Source: Candidatus Dormiibacterota bacterium
GTDB lineage: Bacteria; Chloroflexota; Dormibacteria; Aeolococcales; Aeolococcaceae
Length of the DNA: 64,000 nt
Direction: 5' to 3'
Assembly: GCA_963709585.1 (NCBI GenBank)
Contig: CAVPXI010000016.1
Coordinates: forward strand, 1-64,000
Notes under the pieces: model-generated
Database searches by the model: none
What the model was told of the DNA's origin: nothing
What the model saw: the letters and a program-made list of their open reading frames with translations, nothing else
Program-made: the position numbers and the translations under genes
Shown here: one piece after another, positions 9,248-17,728 of the stretch
Layout: each line of letters opens with the position of its first letter
Numbering within the stretch: the first letter of the stretch is position 1

Positions 9248-10690
9248 ATGGGGACGTCCAGATTGGATCCGGCCGGCGCTGAGGAGCGGCCCGATCCGAT
9301 TCGCGCTGCTGCGGCGCGTACCGGCGCCATGGCCGAGGAGCCGGCCGCCGCAGCCGTCAACAAGGGGGATGACGACGAAGCGGCGACCGGCACGCCACAG
9401 GCCGGACGGAGCAGTGTCGACGAGGCACTCCATCGAGGACCGATGGGTGTCATCCACCTGCTGGGCCCCGGGCTCATCACCGGCGCCTCCGACGATGACC
9501 CGTCCGGAATCGGGACCTATTCCCAGGCAGGGAGCCAGTTCGGTCTGGGGACGCTCTGGCTGGCGATCTTCACCTTTCCGCTCATGATCGCCGTCCAGGA
9601 GGCGTGCGCACGGATCGCGTTGCAGACCGGCGTCGGGCTCGGCACCTCGCTGCGCCGCAAATTTCCATCCGTGCTCGTCGGGGCCAGCATCATGCTCGTC
9701 TTCGGTGCCAACACCATCAACGTCGGCGCCGACCTCGGTGCTGTGGCAGCGGGTGGTTCGCTGCTCACCGGCAGCCACGTTCAACCCGCCTGGTTCGTGG
9801 TCCCGGTAGCGCTGCTCATCGAAGTCATGCAGCTCCGCCTCGCATACTCGACGATCTTCCGCTGCTTCAAGTACCTGACGCTCGCACTCTTCGCGTATGT
9901 CATCACGGTCTTCATCGTCCACCCGCAGCTGCTTGCAACCGTCGAGGCGACCTTCATTCCGCACGTCGAGTTCAACAAGGATTTTCTCGGCATCGTGGTC
10001 GCGATCCTCGGCACGACCATCAGCCCGTATCTGTTCTTCTGGCAGTCATCGAGCGAGGTCGACGAGATGAAAGCCGCCGGTGCCACCACCGAGCGCGAGC
10101 GGCGTGGTACCAGCCGGAAGGAACTGCGGGCGGCGCGGGTCGACGTCGCGATCGGAATGCTCTTCTCGCAGCTGGTGATGTACTGCATCATCCTCGTGTC
10201 CGGAACGGTGCTCCACGCCCCGGGACACACCGGCATCGCGACCGCGCAGCAGGCCGCGGAGGCGCTGAAGCCGCTGGCGGGACCGTTCGCATTCGCGCTC
10301 TTTGCGCTCGGCATGATCGGCACCGGCCTGCTCGCCATTCCGGTCCTCACCGCAAGTGCCGCATACGCTGTCAAAGAGTTCTTCGGCTTCCGCGGCGGCC
10401 TCAGCGAAACGCCGAGAGCTCGGCCGACCTTCTACGGGCTCATCCTGGTCGCGCTCCTCGGGGGCGTGTTGATGAGCATCCTCAACATCGATCCGATTCA
10501 GGCGCTTGTCGTCACGGCGATCATCAACGGAGTTGTCGCTCCTCCGATACTCGTGCTGCTTGCGCTCCTCGCTCGCGATCGGCGCGTCATGGGGGAGCAT
10601 CGCAGCGGACCGCTGAGCAATGCACTGCTCTGGATTGCGGCGACGCTGATGGGCGCCGCCGCCACCATGCTGGTCGCGACAGTCGTCTGA
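9248..10690 (+). CDS. NRAMP-family divalent metal transporter
   Basis: GPGLITGASDDDPSGIGTYSQAG and GTTISPYLFFWQ; start uncertain. Confidence 0.9.
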   Translation: MGTSRLDPAGAEERPDPIRAAAARTGAMAEEPAAAAVNKGDDDEAATGTPQAGRSSVDEALHRGPMGVIHLLGPGLITGASDDDPSGIGTYSQAGSQFGLGTLWLAIFTFPLMIAVQEACARIALQTGVGLGTSLRRKFPSVLVGASIMLVFGANTINVGADLGAVAAGGSLLTGSHVQPAWFVVPVALLIEVMQLRLAYSTIFRCFKYLTLALFAYVITVFIVHPQLLATVEATFIPHVEFNKDFLGIVVAILGTTISPYLFFWQSSSEVDEMKAAGATTERERRGTSRKELRAARVDVAIGMLFSQLVMYCIILVSGTVLHAPGHTGIATAQQAAEALKPLAGPFAFALFALGMIGTGLLAIPVLTASAAYAVKEFFGFRGGLSETPRARPTFYGLILVALLGGVLMSILNIDPIQALVVTAIINGVVAPPILVLLALLARDRRVMGEHRSGPLSNALLWIAATLMGAAATMLVATVV

Positions 10691-10708
10691 CTGTGTGTGT
10701 GACGCTGC

Positions 10709-11632
10709 TCACGCCACGCCGCATGCCGGGAGTGAGTAGAGCGTATCGGTCGTGGCGTCGACGATCTCCAGGGTCCCGCTCGATGTGACGGCGAGCCCTT
10801 GCGGCGCCGGAAGGTTGAACGCAAGACGCACCGACGCCCCCGACGTCGGATCGACAGCGAGCACGTCGTGGCGGTTCAACTCGGTGACGTACAGGAGGCC
10901 GGCGTACGCGACGACTTCATCGAGATCGTTGAAGCCACCGATCGCTCTCACGGCTCCGGCCGGGGTGACCACGACGAGTCCGGGCGACAACTCGCTGGCG
11001 ACGAAGATATCGCCGGCGGGGCCGGGGGCGGCCGATACCGGTCGCCCGAGATGCGTGGCGATGACCCTCGGAGTGGGGGGGCCGATGAGCGACAGCTCGA
11101 GAAGCGTGCCGTTGGGACTGTCAGGGATGAGCAAGGTCTGGCCGGACGCGCCGAGGGCTATGCCGTCGATCCCCGCGTTGGCGGTGTGGTTTGGAAACGT
11201 CATGACCCCGCGGCGCTGCGGTCTGATCTGCTCGATCGCGTTGACATTCTGCTGTGCGACATACGTACCGGAGGCCGCGACGGCGACGCCTTCGGGTCCT
11301 CCCGGGACGGTGACGGTGGCAACTCCACTCCCGTCCGGGTTCATGCTGATGAGCTCGTCAACCTCGCGCGCGCTGACCCAGAGGCGGCCCGATGCATCGA
11401 TCGCGATGTCGTCGGGCGACACGCTGAACCGATGCACCACATGGAGTGCCGTCCTGGTCTCCGCGGCGGCGCAGGCGGCCAGCGTGGTCGCGGGGGCGGG
11501 TGCCGGCGTCGCGACCGTGGACGGCGTCGCGATCGTGGCGGGCGTCTGCGGAGTGGGAGTGGCCTCAGCCGGCGTGTGGCTGACAGCACTCGTACATGCC
11601 GCGAGCGTGACGACGGTGAACGCGACGATCAA
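10709..11632 (-). CDS. Beta-propeller (NHL/SMP-30-like) lipoprotein
   Basis: Lipobox LAAC, PT-rich linker, repeats PDDIAID / PEGVAV / PQGLAV; start uncertain. Confidence 0.7.
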   Translation of the reverse strand: MIVAFTVVTLAACTSAVSHTPAEATPTPQTPATIATPSTVATPAPAPATTLAACAAAETRTALHVVHRFSVSPDDIAIDASGRLWVSAREVDELISMNPDGSGVATVTVPGGPEGVAVAASGTYVAQQNVNAIEQIRPQRRGVMTFPNHTANAGIDGIALGASGQTLLIPDSPNGTLLELSLIGPPTPRVIATHLGRPVSAAPGPAGDIFVASELSPGLVVVTPAGAVRAIGGFNDLDEVVAYAGLLYVTELNRHDVLAVDPTSGASVRLAFNLPAPQGLAVTSSGTLEIVDATTDTLYSLPACGVA

Positions 11633-11726
11633 CGCGCGGGCGGAGCGCCGCCGGTCTACCGATGCCCCTCCGCGGATTCGCGACTTGACGCTGCGCCCGT
11701 TGTGCAGCCGTCTCGCGGCCCCAACC

Positions 11727-12815
11727 TCATTGCGGCGGCTCGTAATCGATGCCGTCGGGGTAGAAGAGGCGAGACGAGCCAGACCCGGTGAACGTCCAGA
11801 TCACCTGGTCGGTTGCCGGGTCCACAACCACGATCCGGCTGTGAAAGTCATCGCAGATCGCAATGCGATTGCTGGCCAGTGGTATGGCGATTGATGTGTG
11901 GTTGAGCTCGGCGGCACCGGAGGGGCGGTAATACCAGAGCGCCTTGCCGGTGGTGCTCAGGCGCACGACTGCTCCGGGCGACGAGTAGTCGGTCAGAAGC
12001 ACCGATCCACCGGGCAACTGCATCGCGTCGGACGGATACCGCACCGGTGCTCGCACCGACCAGGCCACCGGACCGCCGGGTGTGAGCGAGGTCACCCAGC
12101 TCCCGCCGATCTCGGTGACGATCAGTGATCCGCCGCCGGCGGCAAACGCGCCGTTGGGATCCGCGAAACTGCGAGGCGGGTTGTGTCGACAGGCGCGATC
12201 GCCCAGCGTCCCCAGCCATGCTCCCGCAGCGCTGAGATGCACCAGGCGGCAGTTCCGAATGTCGGCGACCCAGATCGTTCCGTCCGCCTGCGGCACCGCG
12301 TCATCGGGCTCGTTGAAGTAGCCGGTCGCACTGCTGCGCACGTTGTACTTGCCGACCTGCCAGAGAATGGTGCCTGTGGCCCTGTCAATAGCGGTCACCG
12401 TCTGGCGGCTTTCGGAATTGGCGATGATGGTCGTACCGTCCGCAGAGTAGAAAGCGTCGTCCGGCGCACCGAACCGTACCGGCAACTTCTGCCCGGGGCG
12501 CGGAAACACCCAGTCCACCGCACCGTTCGCGCCGATCTCGATGATCCTGCCGTTGCCGCGATCCGCGATCAGGAGCTCGCCGGTGAACGGCACGCCGGCG
12601 GGGAGGGCGGGGAGCGCGAAGGACGCGCCCACCAGGCGGCTCGGCGTGGGTTGTGGAAGCGGTGTGGGCGCCGGGGGGGATAGCGTGGCCGTCGGCGTAG
12701 GTTTCGCCGGTGGGGTCAGCTTCGTGGACACGGGATCTGACACTGAGGGCGAGCACGCGGTCAGCGTGACGAGGAAAGTCGCCGCCAGCAAGTACGCCCT
12801 CGGAGTTCGCTTCAT
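11727..12815 (-). CDS. Beta-propeller (NHL/PQQ-like repeat) lipoprotein
   Basis: Lipobox LTAC, PT linker, repeated PDDA/PSDA, LIAD.GN.RI, ILWQ motifs. Confidence 0.75.
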   Translation of the reverse strand: MKRTPRAYLLAATFLVTLTACSPSVSDPVSTKLTPPAKPTPTATLSPPAPTPLPQPTPSRLVGASFALPALPAGVPFTGELLIADRGNGRIIEIGANGAVDWVFPRPGQKLPVRFGAPDDAFYSADGTTIIANSESRQTVTAIDRATGTILWQVGKYNVRSSATGYFNEPDDAVPQADGTIWVADIRNCRLVHLSAAGAWLGTLGDRACRHNPPRSFADPNGAFAAGGGSLIVTEIGGSWVTSLTPGGPVAWSVRAPVRYPSDAMQLPGGSVLLTDYSSPGAVVRLSTTGKALWYYRPSGAAELNHTSIAIPLASNRIAICDDFHSRIVVVDPATDQVIWTFTGSGSSRLFYPDGIDYEPPQ

Positions 12816-12870
12816 GAGACCTTGCGAGGCATTCTGCCGAATCCGTCCCCGAAGGCGGCGACCGCGCGAT

Positions 12871-13569
12871 CTATCTCGGGAACCCCTCACCCGCTCCGAA
12901 CGCGTGCCGCTCGTGGCCCCGGCGAACGTCCACGACGCCGGTGCCGAATACGCGCCAGGCATCACCGTCTGACGCAATCGCAGTGTGCTCGGCGATTCCC
13001 AGGAAGCGAACGCCGGACCGCAGGCGGCGCGGCGCGAGGTCGCGGAGCCAGCGGATCCACCATCCCGACAGCGCATCCCAATGGACGCCGATGGCGGTTG
13101 CGGGCAGCAAACCCAAACCGCTTCCAAACGGGAACCGCATCCCAGCAGCGCCCGCGATCATCGCGCCGGCGCTGCACCCCGCAAATACGCCACCCCTGTC
13201 GAGCAGCCGCTGTACGCCATCCCACACCGGGGTCCCGGTCAGAGTCTCGGCAAGGTACTTCGGGCTGCCGCCACTGAAGAACACCATGCTGACGTCGTCG
13301 AGCACCTTCGCCCTAGCAGGCTCGAGTGCACCCACGCGCGTGCGCACAGGCACCGCATGCGCGGTGATGCCGAGCGAATCGTAGTGACTCAGGCCCATAC
13401 CGATCCATCGCTCGAAAACCGGCTCGCCCTCGCGTCCGCTGGCCGCCGCCAGGACCGCAACCGAGCGATCACCGGTGGCGCCGGACAGCGCGAATCGCTC
13501 CGCCTCGGCCACCCATGGCTCGAACTCTCCGGAGCCCAGCAGCAGGAAGCGACCACGCGCGCTCGTCAT
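12871..13569 (-). CDS. Peptidase S51 / class I glutamine amidotransferase-like protein
   Basis: LLGSGEF, FFSGGSP, GCSAGAM, VHWD, GIAEHTA. Confidence 0.82.
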   Translation of the reverse strand: MTSARGRFLLLGSGEFEPWVAEAERFALSGATGDRSVAVLAAASGREGEPVFERWIGMGLSHYDSLGITAHAVPVRTRVGALEPARAKVLDDVSMVFFSGGSPKYLAETLTGTPVWDGVQRLLDRGGVFAGCSAGAMIAGAAGMRFPFGSGLGLLPATAIGVHWDALSGWWIRWLRDLAPRRLRSGVRFLGIAEHTAIASDGDAWRVFGTGVVDVRRGHERHAFGAGEGFPR

Positions 13570-14802
13570 CTACGTCGCATCGTGGACCCTCGCAGCGCCC
13601 ACGCCGGCACGCGCCGCCAGGGCATTCTCCGTGGAGCGGAGGAGATCAACGGTAACGAGAGCGAGTGCAACACCGACGGTGGCCGACGAGACAAGGCTTG
13701 CGGCGACACCCCACGCGCTACCCGGCGATATCAGCGCCGCCTTGACGATGAAAACATCCACGGTGAGCAACACCGGGACACCCGCGCGCCAGTTGCGTGC
13801 GGTGCCGGGTCGGGCAAGCCACCAGATGGCGGCAAAGACGTATGGCTCGAGGAGGTAGTAGGGAAACACGGTCTTGGCGAAGAGCGGAAAGCAGCATGAC
13901 GCGATGGTGACGAGCCCGATGAGCCCCGTGTGTGTGCTCGCGACGCCACGGTTTCGGCGCAGCGTGATTGTCACGAGCGCAATCGCGACAGCCGCTCCGA
14001 AGTAGACGTCACCGTTTCTTACCAGGCTTGCCCAGGGCGCGTCTCGCGCGATGATCCAGAACGACCCGCCGCTGATGGGGACGTCGCCGCGGTACGTGAC
14101 CAGCGAATGCGTCGCCGATTGCGCATCCGCCAGAACGAAGGGCGCTATGCCGACCCCGACGGTGATCACCGCAGCAGCCGCGACCGTTGCCGTCGGGCGA
14201 AACCGCCGCGCCACGAGCGGAGCCAGCACGACCGGGATCGCGCAGAATCCGGCGATGGTGCGGGTGAGCACCGCGGCGCCAAGCGCGATCCCGGTCAATG
14301 CGTTGCGCTCGCTGAGGAAAGAGGTCAGCGCAAGCAGAACCAGGCACAGCTCGATGGGCTGCTCGACATGCCCATAGTCGATGATTGCGATCCATAGTGC
14401 GGGCGCAAGCAGCACCGCGCACGCGACCGCCAGCGGCCGGCGTACACCTCCACGCGCTGTCGCGATGAAGCCGACGGCCTGGTAAGCGAGGAGGAGCACA
14501 ACCAGCGACGCGACCGCCCCGGTGAGTGCGGCGCGACCAGTGAGACTTCCCGCCCACCCAAGCACGTTGGCCAGCGCCGCGATCGGCACCAGCGGAATCA
14601 GCCCGACCGGGCCGTTGTCATTGAAGACGGCGTGCGAGGCGGTCGAATAGATGAGCAGCGGGTGGCCGGCGACGACGGTCTCGGCTGCAGGCCATGAATA
14701 CAGATCGAGATCGGACGGCGTGGTCTTCAAGACGAGCGGCGTGACCGTCGACGCGGCCACGTAGACCGCGCCGAGTCCCACTGCCACGGCGCGGCTTGTC
14801 AC
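13570..14802 (-). CDS. GT-C polytopic glycosyltransferase (GT87/DUF2029-like)
   Basis: SDLDLY in first loop, YGHVEQ, multiple TM helices, FPYY; start uncertain. Confidence 0.7.
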   Translation of the reverse strand: MTSRAVAVGLGAVYVAASTVTPLVLKTTPSDLDLYSWPAAETVVAGHPLLIYSTASHAVFNDNGPVGLIPLVPIAALANVLGWAGSLTGRAALTGAVASLVVLLLAYQAVGFIATARGGVRRPLAVACAVLLAPALWIAIIDYGHVEQPIELCLVLLALTSFLSERNALTGIALGAAVLTRTIAGFCAIPVVLAPLVARRFRPTATVAAAAVITVGVGIAPFVLADAQSATHSLVTYRGDVPISGGSFWIIARDAPWASLVRNGDVYFGAAVAIALVTITLRRNRGVASTHTGLIGLVTIASCCFPLFAKTVFPYYLLEPYVFAAIWWLARPGTARNWRAGVPVLLTVDVFIVKAALISPGSAWGVAASLVSSATVGVALALVTVDLLRSTENALAARAGVGAARVHDAT

Positions 14803-14854
14803 CGGAATATTCTGACCGCCGCACGCGGCGTGCGATTCCTCACCATGCAGACGC

Positions 14855-16000
14855 ATGCGTCCACGAACGTCTCACGCTCCGAGTTTCATCGCGGTCTGCG
14901 CGCCGAACGCTTTCAAGGGCACGCTCAGCGCCCGGGCCGCGGCGGCGGCGATGGCGCGCGGTGTCCGCGATGCGGGCGCCGACGCGGTCGAGGTGCCGGT
15001 CGCTGACGGAGGTGACGGCACCCTTGACGTGCTCCTTGCCGCGCGGGGATCGGCCTCCCGGGTCACCCGCCATCGCGTAACCGGTCCCACCGGCAAACCT
15101 TTGACCGCACGCCTGGGATGGCTCGGGGATGACGAGGTCGTCGTCGAGCTTGCCGAAGCGTCCGGGCTCCGGCGCCTTGATGTCAACGCGCTCGACGCGC
15201 TGCACGCCACCTCGCGCGGGACCGGCGAGCTCATCCGCATCGCGCTGGACGCAGGTGCGCGAAGTATCGTGGTCGGAGTCGGCGGGAGCGCGTGCACCGA
15301 TGGCGGAGCCGGCCTGCTCCAGGCGCTTGGCGGTCGCCTGACCGACTCGCGCGGAAACGAAATCGGTCCTGGCGGTGCCGGGCTCGAGGACGTCGAAGCG
15401 ATCGACCTGTCCGCGGTGCGACGCGCGCTGTCGCAATGCTCGATCGAGGTTGCATGCGACATTCGGAGTCCGCTGCTCGGGCCGCATGGCGCTGCGCGAA
15501 TGTTTGCCCCCCAGAAGGGCGCGAATGCTGAGGACGTGATGCGTCTCGAGCGAGCGCTGACCCATCTCGCCGCAGTTGCTGCAGGGATCGGCGATGGCGA
15601 AGTCGCCGGGATTCCTGGCGCGGGCGCGGCGGGCGGGTGCGGATTCGGGCTCGCCCTTGCGGGCGCTCGCCTGGTACCCGGTGCGCGCGCCATCTGCGAC
15701 CTGGTAGGCCTCGATAGCGCCTTGCGCGACGCGAGTGTCGCCATCACGGGTGAGGGACGCCTGGACCGTCAGACTTCGACCGGCAAGGCGCCGGCCGAGG
15801 TCGCCGCCAGAGCCACCATGCGCGGTATTCCGTGCATCGCCATCGCGGGCACGGTTGTGGATGCGCTGCCTAGTCTCTTCAGCGCCGCGATGTCCCTCGA
15901 GAGCATTGATGCCGACGTCGACGCGATGCGTCACGCCGGCGCACTCGCTCGCCGGGCAGCGCGACGGGCGATCGAAGACATGCGCGCGCGCCTCGGCTGA
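14855..16000 (+). CDS. glxK: Glycerate kinase
   Basis: APNAFKGTLSA, PVADGGDGT, GGSACTDGGAG, ITGEGRLD, GKAP. Confidence 0.92.
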   Translation: MRPRTSHAPSFIAVCAPNAFKGTLSARAAAAAMARGVRDAGADAVEVPVADGGDGTLDVLLAARGSASRVTRHRVTGPTGKPLTARLGWLGDDEVVVELAEASGLRRLDVNALDALHATSRGTGELIRIALDAGARSIVVGVGGSACTDGGAGLLQALGGRLTDSRGNEIGPGGAGLEDVEAIDLSAVRRALSQCSIEVACDIRSPLLGPHGAARMFAPQKGANAEDVMRLERALTHLAAVAAGIGDGEVAGIPGAGAAGGCGFGLALAGARLVPGARAICDLVGLDSALRDASVAITGEGRLDRQTSTGKAPAEVAARATMRGIPCIAIAGTVVDALPSLFSAAMSLESIDADVDAMRHAGALARRAARRAIEDMRARLG

Positions 16001-16011
16001 TCCGGCGACAA

Positions 16012-16800
16012 CTAGGTTCGAAGCACATCCACGGTGCGCATCCACACGAGGCTGGATGCCGTGTCCTCCAGCGGGCGGTACTCGAGGCCGACGAACCCCT
16101 CGTATCCGAGGCGATCCAGATCGCGAAGAAAATCGCCGATGGGCTGTGACCCTGTTCCGGGTTCGTGCCGCCCGGGGACGTCGGCAATCTGGACGTGTGC
16201 GACCAGGGGGAGATATGCCTGGAGACATTCCCGGGCGTCCTCGCCGGCCATCGCCGCGTGGTACTGGTCAAGCTGCAGCCGCACACTCGGGTGGTTGACG
16301 GTCTCCACCAGACGAGCCGCCGTGGCAACGGTGCTCGCCCAGTAGCCGGGGAAATCGACGTCGTTCAGGGCCTCGATGAGCAGCGTGATGCCCGCGTCCT
16401 GAGCGAGCGGCGCAACCCGATTGAGGTTTGCGATCGCCGTCTCGCGAGCCTGGTCGCTGGTCACACCAGCCGGCGGTATGCCCACCAGCGTGTTCAGCCT
16501 CGAGGTTCCAAGCCGTGGGGCGAGGTCGATCGCCGCGCGCACCGTACCGGCGAATTCCTCCTCGCGTCCGGGCAGTGCCAGCAGGCCGCGTTCTCCCCCC
16601 GCCCAGTCGCCGGCGTCGGGATCGAACACCACCATGTCGAGTCCGAGGCGATTGAGTGTCGATTCGAGACGATCCGCCTCCAGCTGGTGCGGGAAGAGCA
16701 TCTCGACATGTGTGAATCCTGCCGCCGCGGCGGCCTCGAAACGCTGGTACGGCTCGAGATCCTGCCAGAGCATCGTCAGGTTGGCCGCGAAACGAGGCAC
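16012..16800 (-). CDS. hyi: Hydroxypyruvate isomerase family protein
   Basis: PRFAANLTML, DQYH, HVQIADVPGRHEPGTG, VGLEY. Confidence 0.9.
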   Translation of the reverse strand: MPRFAANLTMLWQDLEPYQRFEAAAAAGFTHVEMLFPHQLEADRLESTLNRLGLDMVVFDPDAGDWAGGERGLLALPGREEEFAGTVRAAIDLAPRLGTSRLNTLVGIPPAGVTSDQARETAIANLNRVAPLAQDAGITLLIEALNDVDFPGYWASTVATAARLVETVNHPSVRLQLDQYHAAMAGEDARECLQAYLPLVAHVQIADVPGRHEPGTGSQPIGDFLRDLDRLGYEGFVGLEYRPLEDTASSLVWMRTVDVLRT

Positions 16801-16801
16801 C

Positions 16802-17692
16802 TCAGCCGGCCTGATGCGCGTCGACGGATGATTCCGCCTGGCGGTCCCAGAACTTCACCAGCGCCGACATGTCCTCGCCGGCCCATCCTCGCGCCTTCGC
16901 TTCCAGGTAGCACTGCTCGACGAGCCCGCCCACGAGCAGCGGAACACCCGCATCCACCGCCTCCGCGTGGATGATCGAGAGGTCCTTGGCGATCAAGCTC
17001 ACCGGGGTCGCCGGGCTGAAGTCGCGGGCGATGTAGCGCGGAAGATTGCGCAGCAGCATCGCCGAGCTCCCAAAGGAAGTCCCGATCACGTCCTGGACGG
17101 TGGCGAGGTCGGCGCCGAGTTGCACCGCGAACGCCGCGGCCTCGGATGCGGCGAGGGTGTGCACCGCGACGAGGTACTGGTTGACGAGCTTGATCGCCTG
17201 ACCCGCGCCGACAGGTCCGCAGAGCCGGATCTTGCTACCGAACGCCTCGAGGACCGGAAGTGCGCGGTTGAATGTCGCATCGTCGCCGCCGGCCATCACC
17301 GTCAGGGTCCCGGCCGCTGCGCCGGCCGGGCCGCCGGACACAGGCGCATCCAGGAACGACGCGTTTCGACCCGCGAGCGTTGCCGCGCAGTCCCGGTTCA
17401 GCGCCGGGCTCACCGTCGAATGATCGATGTAGATCTGACCTGCCACCGCCACCACCGACATCTCGGCGTAGACCTGTCGCACCGCGTCCTCCGACGGCAG
17501 TGCGGTCAGCACGACCTCCGACCCCGCGGCCAGATCTGCCGGCGATGCATGGACCCTCGCTCCCTTGCCTCTCAACGATTCCATCGTCGCGTTCTCGGAC
17601 CGGTTGCAGATGGCCACGTCGTAGCCCGCGGTGATCAGGCGATCCGCCATCGGGCCACCCATCTTCCCGATGCCGACGACTCCGACCTTCAT
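16802..17692 (-). CDS. Beta-hydroxyacid dehydrogenase (2-hydroxy-3-oxopropionate reductase-like)
   Basis: GIGKMGGPMA, DAPVSGG, GQAIKLVNQ, KDL. Confidence 0.88.
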   Translation of the reverse strand: MKVGVVGIGKMGGPMADRLITAGYDVAICNRSENATMESLRGKGARVHASPADLAAGSEVVLTALPSEDAVRQVYAEMSVVAVAGQIYIDHSTVSPALNRDCAATLAGRNASFLDAPVSGGPAGAAAGTLTVMAGGDDATFNRALPVLEAFGSKIRLCGPVGAGQAIKLVNQYLVAVHTLAASEAAAFAVQLGADLATVQDVIGTSFGSSAMLLRNLPRYIARDFSPATPVSLIAKDLSIIHAEAVDAGVPLLVGGLVEQCYLEAKARGWAGEDMSALVKFWDRQAESSVDAHQAG

Positions 17693-17728
17693 CGCAGCGC
17701 CGGCCGCCCGCCCTCGATCACGAGCGGA

